The notes beneath the pieces were generated by a model. That model was given only the letters and a program-made list of their open reading frames with translations. It did not search any database and was not told where the DNA came from. 64,000 nucleotides of DNA from positions 202,787 to 266,786 of the forward strand of contig SVRI01000001.1 in assembly GCA_015064895.1 (NCBI GenBank), given 5' to 3'. The DNA comes from Oscillospiraceae bacterium (GTDB taxonomy: Bacteria > Bacillota > Clostridia > Oscillospirales > CAG-382). A program made the translations under genes and the position numbers. Below, in pieces: positions 7,753 to 15,935 of the stretch; within the stretch, counting starts at the first letter, position 1, and the number at the start of each line of letters is the position of its first letter.

Positions 7753-8103
7753 TTATCCCTCCAGTCCAAAGCTTACGCTTATGGCGCTGTTTACTTTATT
7801 CATTACGGCTTCGTCGAGATGTCCCATTTTCTCACGGAGCCTTTTTTTGTCAAGCGTGCGTATCTGTTCAAGCAGAATTACGGAGTTCTTTTCGAGTCCG
7901 AATTCATCTGCAAGTACGTCAATGTGGGTGGGCATTTTGTTTTTATCGGTTCTAGAGGTAATGGCGGCGGCAATAACAGTAGGGCTGTACCTGTTGCCCA
8001 CATCGTTCTGAACTATAAGTACCGGACGTATGCCGCCTTGCTCCGAACCGATAACGGGAGAAAGGTCTGCGTAATAAATATCTCCTCGTTTGATTGCTTC
8101 CAT
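7753..8103 (-). CDS. mazF: MazF/PemK (EndoA-like) endoribonuclease toxin
   Basis: [50 protein letters not shown]...[14 protein letters not shown], colinear with B. subtilis NdoA as I recall it; ATG 8103 with GGAGTG RBS. Confidence 0.9.
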   Translation of the reverse strand: MEAIKRGDIYYADLSPVIGSEQGGIRPVLIVQNDVGNRYSPTVIAAAITSRTDKNKMPTHIDVLADEFGLEKNSVILLEQIRTLDKKRLREKMGHLDEAVMNKVNSAISVSFGLEG

Positions 8104-8312
8104 GTTTATCACTCCGTTTTGTTTTCTTGTGGTTATTATTGACATGCCGGATTGAGTTTATTCGCGTCGGCTTACAATAATCACATTCCACTGTATTCAC
8201 AAAAAAGAGCACTTGACATAGCAATTTATATATAAATATAAGTAGTTTTTTGCCTAAATGTTAAAAAAGTCACTTTATTACGCTAAATTAATAAATTTTC
8301 TTTCAAAACCTC

Positions 8313-8341
8313 TTGACAAATTTTTTTTTGTGTGTTAGCAT
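8313..8341 (+). promoter_or_regulatory. candidate sigma-A promoter of the ilv leader
   Basis: TTGACA (8313-8318), 17 nt, TAGCAT (8336-8341) preceded by TGT. Confidence 0.5.
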
Positions 8342-8369
8342 AGGGTACAATGAAAAAATATTTCGAAAA

Positions 8370-8636
8370 AAGACTTTGACGGGAAAGAGTAGTAAAGAAA
8401 ACTGCCCACAGAGAGGATGCCGCAGGTGAAAGGCACCGCAAGAGCTTTATGAAAGTCATCCCCGAGTTTCTGCCCGAAGGTAACAAAGATTATTGTGTAG
8501 GCGCAGACGGTTTGTTACCGTTAAAAACAGAACCTTTTTACAAGGTAAGCGGTCGGTTTTTCCGGCAATCAGAGTGGTACCGCAGAGTGTTTTTATGACC
8601 TTTGTCTCTATTTGTTTGAGACAAAGGCTTTTACTA
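8370..8636 (+). promoter_or_regulatory. T-box riboswitch leader, probable Val (GUC) specifier
   Basis: AGTA box (8386-8393), AGAGA box (8408-8416), GGTGAAAG distal loop (8425-8433), GAAA-GTC-A specifier context (8451-8458), T-box AATCAGAGTGGTACCGCAG (8567-8585), terminator CCTTTGTCTC/GAGACAAAGG plus CTTTT (8599-8635). Confidence 0.85.
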
Positions 8637-8654
8637 TATTTGGAGGTATAAATT

Positions 8655-10316
8655 ATGCTTCTTACAGGCGCAGAAATAATCACAAGAGTTCTTATGGAAC
8701 AGGGTGTAGACAGAGTTTTCGGCTATCCGGGAGGTGCCGCACTCAATGTTTACGATGCACTATACAAGTGCAGTGATAAAATTACACATTATTTGACAGC
8801 CCACGAACAGGGTGCCTGCCATGCGGCAGACGGATACGCAAGAGCTACAGGCAAGACAGGTGTTGTTTTCGCAACAAGCGGTCCCGGCGCCACAAACCTT
8901 GTTACGGGTATTGCAACGGCATACATGGATTCAGTTCCTCTTGTTGCAATTACATGTAATGTTCCTACCGGCCTTATCGGTTGTGACTCCTTCCAGGAGG
9001 TCTATATTGCAGGTGTAACTCTTCCGATTACAAAGCACAATTTTACAGTACAGAGAGTTGAAGACCTTGCCGATATTTTAAGACAGGCATTCAGAATTGC
9101 TTCATCGGGAAGACCCGGCCCTGTACTTATTGACATTCCTAAGGATATTACAGCCAATAGTTGTGAATATGCAGAAGAACCGGCACAGCAGAAAATCATG
9201 CCTCCTACGGTACAGAATGACTGGTGGAGTATTGCCAACATCATAAACGAATCCGAATGTCCTCTCATTTATTTTGGAGGCGGTGTTCGTCTTTCGGGTG
9301 CAGGTGAAGAACTCAGAGAACTCATCTCCAAGGCTGACATTCCTGCGGCACACACACTTATGGCGGCGGGTATTCTCGGCTACGGTGAAAAGAATAATCT
9401 CGGTCTTATCGGTATGCATGGTTGCTTTACGGCAAACAAAGCGGCTTCCAAGTGCGATGTAATGCTTGCAATCGGAACACGTTTTTCCGACAGAGTTGCA
9501 CTTAACACCTCCAAATTCGGAGGCGGTGCAAAGATTATTCACATTGATATTGATGCTTCCGAAATGAACAAGAATGTAAACGTTTACACTCCCGTAATCG
9601 GTGACGTAAAAGACGTTCTCAAAAAGCTTCTTCCTCTTATAAAGAAGAAGACACATCCCGAATGGCAGGCAAGAATTGAGGAATGGAAGACACACGATTA
9701 CATCCCCGTAGACAGCGATGAGGTACTTCGTCCTCATCAGATTATGCATGCTATGTGCGACATTGCAGGCAAAGAAGCAATCTTTGCTACCGACGTCGGT
9801 CAGCATCAGATGTGGGCGGCTCAGTTCTTAAAGCACGTTGACGCAAACAGCTTCCTCACAAGCGGCGGTCTTGGTACCATGGGCTACGGCTACGGTGCGG
9901 CAATCGGTGCGTGTGTGGGTACTGACAAAAAGAGACCCGTAATTCACATCACAAGCGACGGTTCCTTCCACATGAACATGAACGAAGTCTGCACGGCAGT
10001 TTCCTACGAGCTTCCCATCGTTACCGTAATCTTCAATAATAAGGTTCTCGGTATGGTGCATCAGTGGCAGGGCGTATTCTACGGCAAGAGATACTCGGCA
10101 TCCGAGCCTCAGAGAAAGACAGACTATGTTGCAGTTGCCGAGGGCTTCGGTGCCTGCGGATTCAATGTTTCAAACATTGCAGAATTTGAAGAAGCTTTCA
10201 AAAAGGCTCTCACAATAAAAGGTCCCGTATGGATTGTATGCGATATCGACTCTGACGAGTGCGTATATCCCATGATTCCTGCAGGCGGCACATACAAAGA
10301 CACCATCATCGGCTAG
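8655..10316 (+). CDS. ilvB: acetolactate synthase, large (catalytic) subunit
   Basis: 553 aa; ThDP-enzyme motifs throughout (GYPGGA, GPGATN, GGLGTMGYG). Confidence 0.95.
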   Translation: MLLTGAEIITRVLMEQGVDRVFGYPGGAALNVYDALYKCSDKITHYLTAHEQGACHAADGYARATGKTGVVFATSGPGATNLVTGIATAYMDSVPLVAITCNVPTGLIGCDSFQEVYIAGVTLPITKHNFTVQRVEDLADILRQAFRIASSGRPGPVLIDIPKDITANSCEYAEEPAQQKIMPPTVQNDWWSIANIINESECPLIYFGGGVRLSGAGEELRELISKADIPAAHTLMAAGILGYGEKNNLGLIGMHGCFTANKAASKCDVMLAIGTRFSDRVALNTSKFGGGAKIIHIDIDASEMNKNVNVYTPVIGDVKDVLKKLLPLIKKKTHPEWQARIEEWKTHDYIPVDSDEVLRPHQIMHAMCDIAGKEAIFATDVGQHQMWAAQFLKHVDANSFLTSGGLGTMGYGYGAAIGACVGTDKKRPVIHITSDGSFHMNMNEVCTAVSYELPIVTVIFNNKVLGMVHQWQGVFYGKRYSASEPQRKTDYVAVAEGFGACGFNVSNIAEFEEAFKKALTIKGPVWIVCDIDSDECVYPMIPAGGTYKDTIIG

Positions 10317-10611
10317 CGGGGAGCCCCCGCGGGGAGCCCCCGCAGGCGTATCACGGGCAAGTTTCGCAATAAGCAAGCCCTCGTGGTCGCTTAAGTAACC
10401 CCGTTTGGTCGGCATAAATCCGACCGACCAAACTCAAACAGAATTTTAATCAGACAGTTCAAAAGTGGAATAGGGCTCGGCTATATAATAAAGAATATTT
10501 GCCCTCGGCAAATCCCCCCTAACACCTAACTCCTAACTTCTAACTTCTAACTTCTAACTTCTAACTTCTAACTCCTAACTCCTAACTCTTTTTCCCGGAG
10601 GTGAAAACACA
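10317..10611. repeat. family-1 mosaic element (D x2 - linker - B - spacer - H7 x10) between ilvB and ilvN
   Basis: GCGGGGAGCCCCCGC duplicated directly after the TAG stop; ATCACGG; hairpin GTTTGGTCGG..CCGACCAAAC (10403-10433); ten heptamers CTAACAC, CTAACTC, CTAACTT x5, CTAACTC x3 (10519-10588). Confidence 0.9.
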
Positions 10612-11115
10612 GTGGATGAAAAACAGTATTTAATATTACTTGTTGAAAACAACTCGGGTGTTCTCAGTAGAATCACATCTCTGTTTTGCCAGAGAGGCTT
10701 CAACATTGATTCCCTTAATGTTTCAACAACAGATAACCCCAAAATATCAAGAATAACAATCGTTACCCACGGTGACGAAAGAAAGTTCAGACAGATTATA
10801 CGTCAGACAGACAAGCTCATTGAGTCAAAGATGATTTTTGCCGTTGAGCCTTCCTTCAGCCTTCTTCGTGAATTGCTTCTTTTAAAGCTTGAAATGAACA
10901 GTGCCGAGGAAATTGCGGCGGCTGAGGCAGTATCAAGAAAATACGGCTGCAACATCATCGACCATTCCGTCGGAACTCTCGTACTTGAGTTTACAGGTAC
11001 GCCCGAAGAAATTGACGCACTTCTTGAGGATTGTAAGCAGTTCGGTATTCTCGAACTTTGCAGAACAGGTGTGACGGCACTTGAAAGAGGCAAGGTTTCT
11101 TATACACTTGACTAA
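10612..11115 (+). CDS. ilvN: acetolactate synthase, small (regulatory) subunit
   Basis: ACT domain LLVENNSGVLSRITSLFCQRGFNIDSLNVS; GTG start with GGAGGTG RBS. Confidence 0.9.
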   Translation: MDEKQYLILLVENNSGVLSRITSLFCQRGFNIDSLNVSTTDNPKISRITIVTHGDERKFRQIIRQTDKLIESKMIFAVEPSFSLLRELLLLKLEMNSAEEIAAAEAVSRKYGCNIIDHSVGTLVLEFTGTPEEIDALLEDCKQFGILELCRTGVTALERGKVSYTLD

Positions 11116-11157
11116 GTAAATAATAAATTTGATATATACAAAAGGAGAAAAAACAAA

Positions 11158-12168
11158 ATGATTACAAAGTATTATGATTCAGACTGTAACCTCGGTCTTC
11201 TTGACGGCAAGACAGTAAGTATTATCGGCTTCGGAAGCCAGGGACATGCACATTCCATGAACCTCGCTGAAAGCGGCGTTAATGTAGTAGTAGGTCTCAG
11301 ACCCGGCAGCGGTCACTGGGAAAAGGCAGCAGCATTTGCGGCAGACCACCCCAACTTCAAGGTTATGGACATTGAAGATGCTGCAAAAGCAGGCGACCTT
11401 GTTATGATGCTCGTTCCCGACGAACTTGCAGCAGACATCTACAACGAAAAGGTTGCTCCCAACATGAAGGAAGGCGACGTTCTTATGTTTGCTCACGGCT
11501 TCAACATTCACTTCAACTTCATTAAGCCCGCGGCAAACGTTGACGTTATCATGGTAGCTCCCAAGGGCCCCGGCCATACAGTTAGAACTCAGTATCAGCA
11601 GGGTAGAGGTGTTCCCTCTCTTATCGCTGTATATCAGGATTACTCAGGCAGAGCTAAGGACTACGCACTTGCATACGCTTCCGGTATCGGCGCAGGCAGA
11701 GCAGGTATTCTCGAAACAAGCTTCAGAGAAGAAACAGAAACAGACCTCTTCGGTGAACAGGCAGTTCTTTGCGGCGGTGTAACAGAACTCATGAAGGCAG
11801 GCTTTGACACACTCGTTGAAGCAGGCTACGAACCCGAAATGGCTTACTTTGAATGTATCCACGAAATGAAGCTTATCGTTGACCTTATCAATGAAGGCGG
11901 CTTTGCTAAGATGAGATACTCCATCTCCAACACAGCTGAATACGGCGATTACAGAACAGGTAAGAGACTCATTACCGAAGATACAAGAAAAGAAATGAAG
12001 AAGGTTCTTTCTGAAATCCAGAACGGTACATTCGCTTCTGAATTCATGACAGAATTCTCCAGCGGCAGACGCGGCAAGTTCCTTGCAACAAGACGCGTTG
12101 AAAGTGAACATCCCCTCGAAAAGGTCGGTGCATCACTCAGAAAGATGATGAGCTGGTTAAAGAAATAG
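11158..12168 (+). CDS. ilvC: ketol-acid reductoisomerase
   Basis: 336 aa class I KARI: [31 protein letters not shown]. Confidence 0.97.
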   Translation: MITKYYDSDCNLGLLDGKTVSIIGFGSQGHAHSMNLAESGVNVVVGLRPGSGHWEKAAAFAADHPNFKVMDIEDAAKAGDLVMMLVPDELAADIYNEKVAPNMKEGDVLMFAHGFNIHFNFIKPAANVDVIMVAPKGPGHTVRTQYQQGRGVPSLIAVYQDYSGRAKDYALAYASGIGAGRAGILETSFREETETDLFGEQAVLCGGVTELMKAGFDTLVEAGYEPEMAYFECIHEMKLIVDLINEGGFAKMRYSISNTAEYGDYRTGKRLITEDTRKEMKKVLSEIQNGTFASEFMTEFSSGRRGKFLATRRVESEHPLEKVGASLRKMMSWLKK

Positions 12169-12380
12169 TCAGCGTTGCTTGAATTGAAATTATGCCTTCC
12201 CCTATCTCAGGGGAAGGTGTCAAAATCAAAGATTTTGACGGATGAGGTCTTGACAGACCAGGTGAAAGCAACCATCCATCTACCTCCTCAGTCACCTTGC
12301 GGTGACAGCTCCCCCTATGTATAGGGGAAGCCTGTATTGAATCTATTCAAAAATTTACAAGGGGGACTGTATGTTCCCCA
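12169..12380. repeat. family-2 element (Y then X) between ilvC and ilvD
   Basis: Y: GCCTTCCCC..GGGGAAGG (12194-12217), GTCAAAATC..GATTTTGAC (12219-12239), GGATGAGGT (12240-12248). X: ACCTCCTCAGTCACC-TTGC-GGTGACAGCTCCCCC-TATGTATA-GGGGAAGCC (12282-12332). Extra hairpin GGGGGA..TTCCCC (12361-12379). Confidence 0.9.
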
Positions 12381-12419
12381 AATTTTGTTTGAAAACCTTT
12401 TTCAGAAAGGAAAATGTTT

Positions 12420-14081
12420 ATGCGTAGTGATAACGTATTAAAGGGTGCAGAACGTGCCCCTAACAGAAGTTTATTCTATGCTATGGGCTACACAAAAGAA
12501 GAACTTGAAAGACCTCTTATCGGTGTAGTCTGTGCACACAGCGAAATAGTTCCCGGTCATATCCACCTTGACAAGATTGCAGACGCAGTCAAGGCAGGCA
12601 TAAGAATGGCAGGCGGTACACCCGTACTCGTTCCCGCTATAGGCGTATGCGACGGTATTGCCATGGGACACATCGGCATGAAATACAGCCTTGCCAGCCG
12701 TGAACTCATTGCCGACAGCGTTGAAACAATGGCTATGGCACACGGATTTGACGGTCTTGTGCTTATCCCCAACTGCGACAAAATCGTTCCCGGCATGGTT
12801 ATGGCAGCAGTAAGAATGGATATTCCTGCAGTAGTATGCTCAGGCGGTCCCATGATGCCCGGTACATATAACGGACACAACGCATCCCTTTCACAGATGT
12901 TTGAAGCAGTGGGTGCTTATAAAGCAGGCATGATTGACGAGTGCAATCTTGAAGAATGCGAAAAGAATATCTGCCCCGGTTGCGGAAGCTGTGCAGGTAT
13001 GTATACGGCAAATTCCATGAACTGTCTCTGTGAAGCAATAGGTATTGCCCTTCCCGGCAACGGTACCGTTCCTGCGGTATCTTCGAGAAGAATTATGCTT
13101 GCAAAGCACGCAGGTATGGCAATTATGAACCTTGTTGAAAAGGGAATTACGGCTCGTCAGATAGTCAACAAAAAGAGTCTTCTCAATGCCCTTGCCTGCG
13201 ATATGGCACTCGGATGCAGCTCCAACAGCGTACTTCATCTTCTTGCCATTGCAAACGAAGCAGGTGTTGATTTTGACCTTGAGCTTTTCAACAAGACAAG
13301 CGACAGAGTGCCCAATCTCTGTCACCTTGCTCCTGCAGGTCACACACACATCTCCGACCTTGATGCGGCAGGCGGTATTCCTGCAGTCCAGGCAGAGCTT
13401 GTAAAGAAGAATTTACTTGACACTTCAGCTCTCACCGTAACAGGCAAGACTGTGGGTGAAAACATCGAGGGTGCATACATCAAGGATGAAGAAAACATCC
13501 GTCCCATCACCAATCCTTACAGCGAAACAGGCGGCATTCAGATTCTCTGGGGCAACATTGCACCTAAAGGCTGTGTTGTAAAGAGAAGTGCAGTTGCTCC
13601 CGAAATGCTAAAGCATTCAGGCCCTGCAAGAGTCTTCAACAGCGAAGACGAAGCAATCGCGGCAATTTACGGCGGTAAGATTGTAGACGGTGACGTTGTA
13701 GTAATCAGATACGAAGGTCCTGTAGGCGGCCCCGGTATGAGAGAAATGTTAAATCCCACCTCTGCCCTTGCAGGTATGAAGCTTGACAAGACGGTAGCTC
13801 TCATTACTGACGGACGTTTCTCGGGTGCATCCCGCGGTGCTTCCATCGGTCACGTATCTCCCGAAGCTGCTTGCGATGGTCCAATCGGTCTTATCTGTGA
13901 GGGTGATATAATCAATATTGATATACCGGGTGCTTCAATCAATGCGGATATTTCGGAAGAAGAGTTTGCAAAGAGAAAAGCGGCTTATGTAAAGCCCGAA
14001 CCCAACATCAAGAGCGGCTGGCTTTCAAGATATGCAAAGCTTGTTGACAGTGCCGACAAGGGTGCGGTCATGAAGCAGTGA
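12420..14081 (+). CDS. ilvD: dihydroxy-acid dehydratase
   Basis: [23 protein letters not shown]..., CDKIVPGM, Fe-S Cys ligands; ATG 12420 is better spaced from the RBS than 12414. Confidence 0.96.
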   Translation: MRSDNVLKGAERAPNRSLFYAMGYTKEELERPLIGVVCAHSEIVPGHIHLDKIADAVKAGIRMAGGTPVLVPAIGVCDGIAMGHIGMKYSLASRELIADSVETMAMAHGFDGLVLIPNCDKIVPGMVMAAVRMDIPAVVCSGGPMMPGTYNGHNASLSQMFEAVGAYKAGMIDECNLEECEKNICPGCGSCAGMYTANSMNCLCEAIGIALPGNGTVPAVSSRRIMLAKHAGMAIMNLVEKGITARQIVNKKSLLNALACDMALGCSSNSVLHLLAIANEAGVDFDLELFNKTSDRVPNLCHLAPAGHTHISDLDAAGGIPAVQAELVKKNLLDTSALTVTGKTVGENIEGAYIKDEENIRPITNPYSETGGIQILWGNIAPKGCVVKRSAVAPEMLKHSGPARVFNSEDEAIAAIYGGKIVDGDVVVIRYEGPVGGPGMREMLNPTSALAGMKLDKTVALITDGRFSGASRGASIGHVSPEAACDGPIGLICEGDIINIDIPGASINADISEEEFAKRKAAYVKPEPNIKSGWLSRYAKLVDSADKGAVMKQ

Positions 14082-14114
14082 GACGCACAAAGTGTATATG
14101 TTAAACACATCCAT

Positions 14115-14150
14115 CCCTTGCATCGAAAAACGGTGCAAGGGGTTATTTTT
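14115..14150 (+). terminator. intrinsic terminator after ilvD
   Basis: Stem CCCTTGCA/TGCAAGGG followed by GTTATTTTT. Confidence 0.65.
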
Positions 14151-14152
14151 AT

Positions 14153-14190
14153 GCAAAAAAAGCACGGCCGTCTTTATCTTGACGGTCGTG
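14153..14190 (-). terminator. intrinsic terminator after the HTH-ARH gene
   Basis: Stem CACGACCGTC/GACGGCCGTG followed on minus strand by CTTTTTTT. Confidence 0.65.
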
Positions 14191-14208
14191 TTATTTGATA
14201 ATTGATAT

Positions 14209-15789
14209 TTAAAGCTTTACATGTTCCATTGTCTTCTTTGCACACTCGGAAATCTTAACCCTTTCATATCCGAAAATACTTGTTTCAAGTGTGTCGCAAA
14301 GGTGAGCCTTCCATTCTTCGGGGACATAATCGTAGCCGCCTGCCATGCCGAGTATTGAGCCTACCGTTGCACCGTTACAGTCGGTGTCAAAGCCCGTCTG
14401 CACAGAAAGACAGATGGACTTGCCGAAGTCTCCATTACCGTAAAGAAGGGATGCGACAACAACCATTGCGTTGGAGATTGTATGGCACCAGCCGTGGCCT
14501 GTGTATTCGTCCCATACAGAGTGTATATAATCAAATGCTTCTTCGCTGCTCTTGCCCGATTTGTACATGTCAATAACTGTCATTACAGACTCGTAAAGAC
14601 GGGAAGTTTCGGGGATTTCGCCGAGACCTGCAAGGATGATTTTTTCAACGTCATCTGTAAGAGCCGCCGCCGCAATCATGGCACTTGCGAACATTTCGCC
14701 GTAGATACCGTTCTTTACGTGGGAAATACAAGCATCACGCCAGCCCATTTCGGCAGCCATTTCGGTGTTACCCGGATTTATGTAGCCGAAGTAGTCGCCT
14801 CTTATCTGTGCGCCTATCCATTCACGGTAGGGGTTCTTGTATGACGCGGAATGAGGAGGTCTGAAGCCTGCCACGAAGTTGATGAAAGCACGTCTTTCGG
14901 CTGTGCAGTAGGCGTCTTTAGGCTGATATTTCAACCATATTTCCATCATGTTTTCGGGTGTGAAATCCCTGCCGTAGTTTTCAACTACAAGCTGACCGAT
15001 AACCATATAGTTTGTGTCGTCATCGGTGGGCATATAATCGAGTGTATCGGGAAAGACATTTCTCGGACCTATGCGGTAATTCATGCCCTCACAGTTTTCG
15101 TCTGTGCAGTCTGTCGAAAGAATATATCTGTGCATGGGGTAGTTATTTGTCTTTTTGAGGAATGGCACAAACTCGTTTGTTCTGATGCCTTCAACTGCTT
15201 TGCCGAGGAAGCAGCCTGCGATTCTGCCCACCCATGCACCGTGGATTTTATCGTAGAGTGTCTTTTCGTCCACCTTGCCCGAAAGGGGATAAGGCTTTCT
15301 GAGTGCCTTTATGGATTCGAGGTCACTTGGTTCATTGTATTTATAGCCTTCAACCTGCTTTGCGTTTGAGACAATATCAAAAATAACGTCGCCCAGCTTC
15401 TGACGGACTTCGTTTCTGGGAAGAGCCGCAACTGCTTTAAAAAGCTCGCTGTATACCTCTATGTCGAGACCTTCTTCGATACTGTGTTTGTATTCGTCCA
15501 TCACGTCAAAGGCATAGTCCTCCCAGACGTGGATTTTTTCGTATTCGGGTTTAACCTGCTTGTTTTCCTTAATGATTTCAACGACTCTTGCGTCGCGGGA
15601 AAGTAGCATATCGTCAAGCGATGTGCCGAAATATTGTGCGATTTTTATGAGCTTTGCAGTTTCGGGAAGGCTCTGGCCGTTTTCCCACTTCTGCACCGAC
15701 TGACCCGACACGCCGAAAATGTTTCCGAACTGTTCTCTTGTCATGTTTTTATCCTTACGGAGTTTTTTGATGTATTCGCCTGTATTCAT
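14209..15789 (-). CDS. XRE-family HTH domain fused to an ADP-ribosylglycohydrolase (ARH/DraG-like) domain
   Basis: N-terminus MNTGEYIKKLRKDKNMTREQFGNIFGVSGQSVQKWENGQSLP (HTH_XRE); C-terminal roughly 340 aa with GAWVGRIAGCFLGKAVEG, DDDTNY and GFDTDCNGATVGSILG motifs. The ORF-track GTG at 15798 is part of the SD GGGGTGA, so I use ATG 15789. Confidence 0.8.
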   Translation of the reverse strand: MNTGEYIKKLRKDKNMTREQFGNIFGVSGQSVQKWENGQSLPETAKLIKIAQYFGTSLDDMLLSRDARVVEIIKENKQVKPEYEKIHVWEDYAFDVMDEYKHSIEEGLDIEVYSELFKAVAALPRNEVRQKLGDVIFDIVSNAKQVEGYKYNEPSDLESIKALRKPYPLSGKVDEKTLYDKIHGAWVGRIAGCFLGKAVEGIRTNEFVPFLKKTNNYPMHRYILSTDCTDENCEGMNYRIGPRNVFPDTLDYMPTDDDTNYMVIGQLVVENYGRDFTPENMMEIWLKYQPKDAYCTAERRAFINFVAGFRPPHSASYKNPYREWIGAQIRGDYFGYINPGNTEMAAEMGWRDACISHVKNGIYGEMFASAMIAAAALTDDVEKIILAGLGEIPETSRLYESVMTVIDMYKSGKSSEEAFDYIHSVWDEYTGHGWCHTISNAMVVVASLLYGNGDFGKSICLSVQTGFDTDCNGATVGSILGMAGGYDYVPEEWKAHLCDTLETSIFGYERVKISECAKKTMEHVKL

Positions 15790-15890
15790 ACTTTTCACCC
15801 CATGGTTGTTTTTTTCTTATTTTATCACCTTTCGGGACGCTTTTCAAGATACTTTGGGTTGTATTTTTTGCAACTTGAAGTATCATCACA

Positions 15891-15921
15891 TAAAAAACTG
15901 CACCGTTGTTATACGGTGCAG
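15891..15921 (-). terminator. intrinsic terminator after the LytM-domain gene
   Basis: Stem CTGCACCG/CGGTGCAG followed by T6 on minus strand. Confidence 0.7.
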
Positions 15922-15935
15922 TACTATGTTTAAAA

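Noticed and set aside
7952-8224. 90-aa minus-strand ORF upstream of and overlapping mazF, considered as a possible antitoxin
   Set aside because: It overlaps the mazF N-terminus out of frame. It is R/K/C-rich with no RHH/AbrB/SpoVT-like pattern and has no RBS.
9102-9806. Long antisense ORFs inside ilvB (234 aa), the GH78-like gene (29472-30182, 236 aa), the SLH gene (51540-52475, 311 aa; 52139-52747) and gyrB (57403-58542, 379 aa)
   Set aside because: Each is opposite a confidently identified gene. Compositions are Cys/Phe/Val-rich as expected for antisense frames, and no starts with an RBS were seen.
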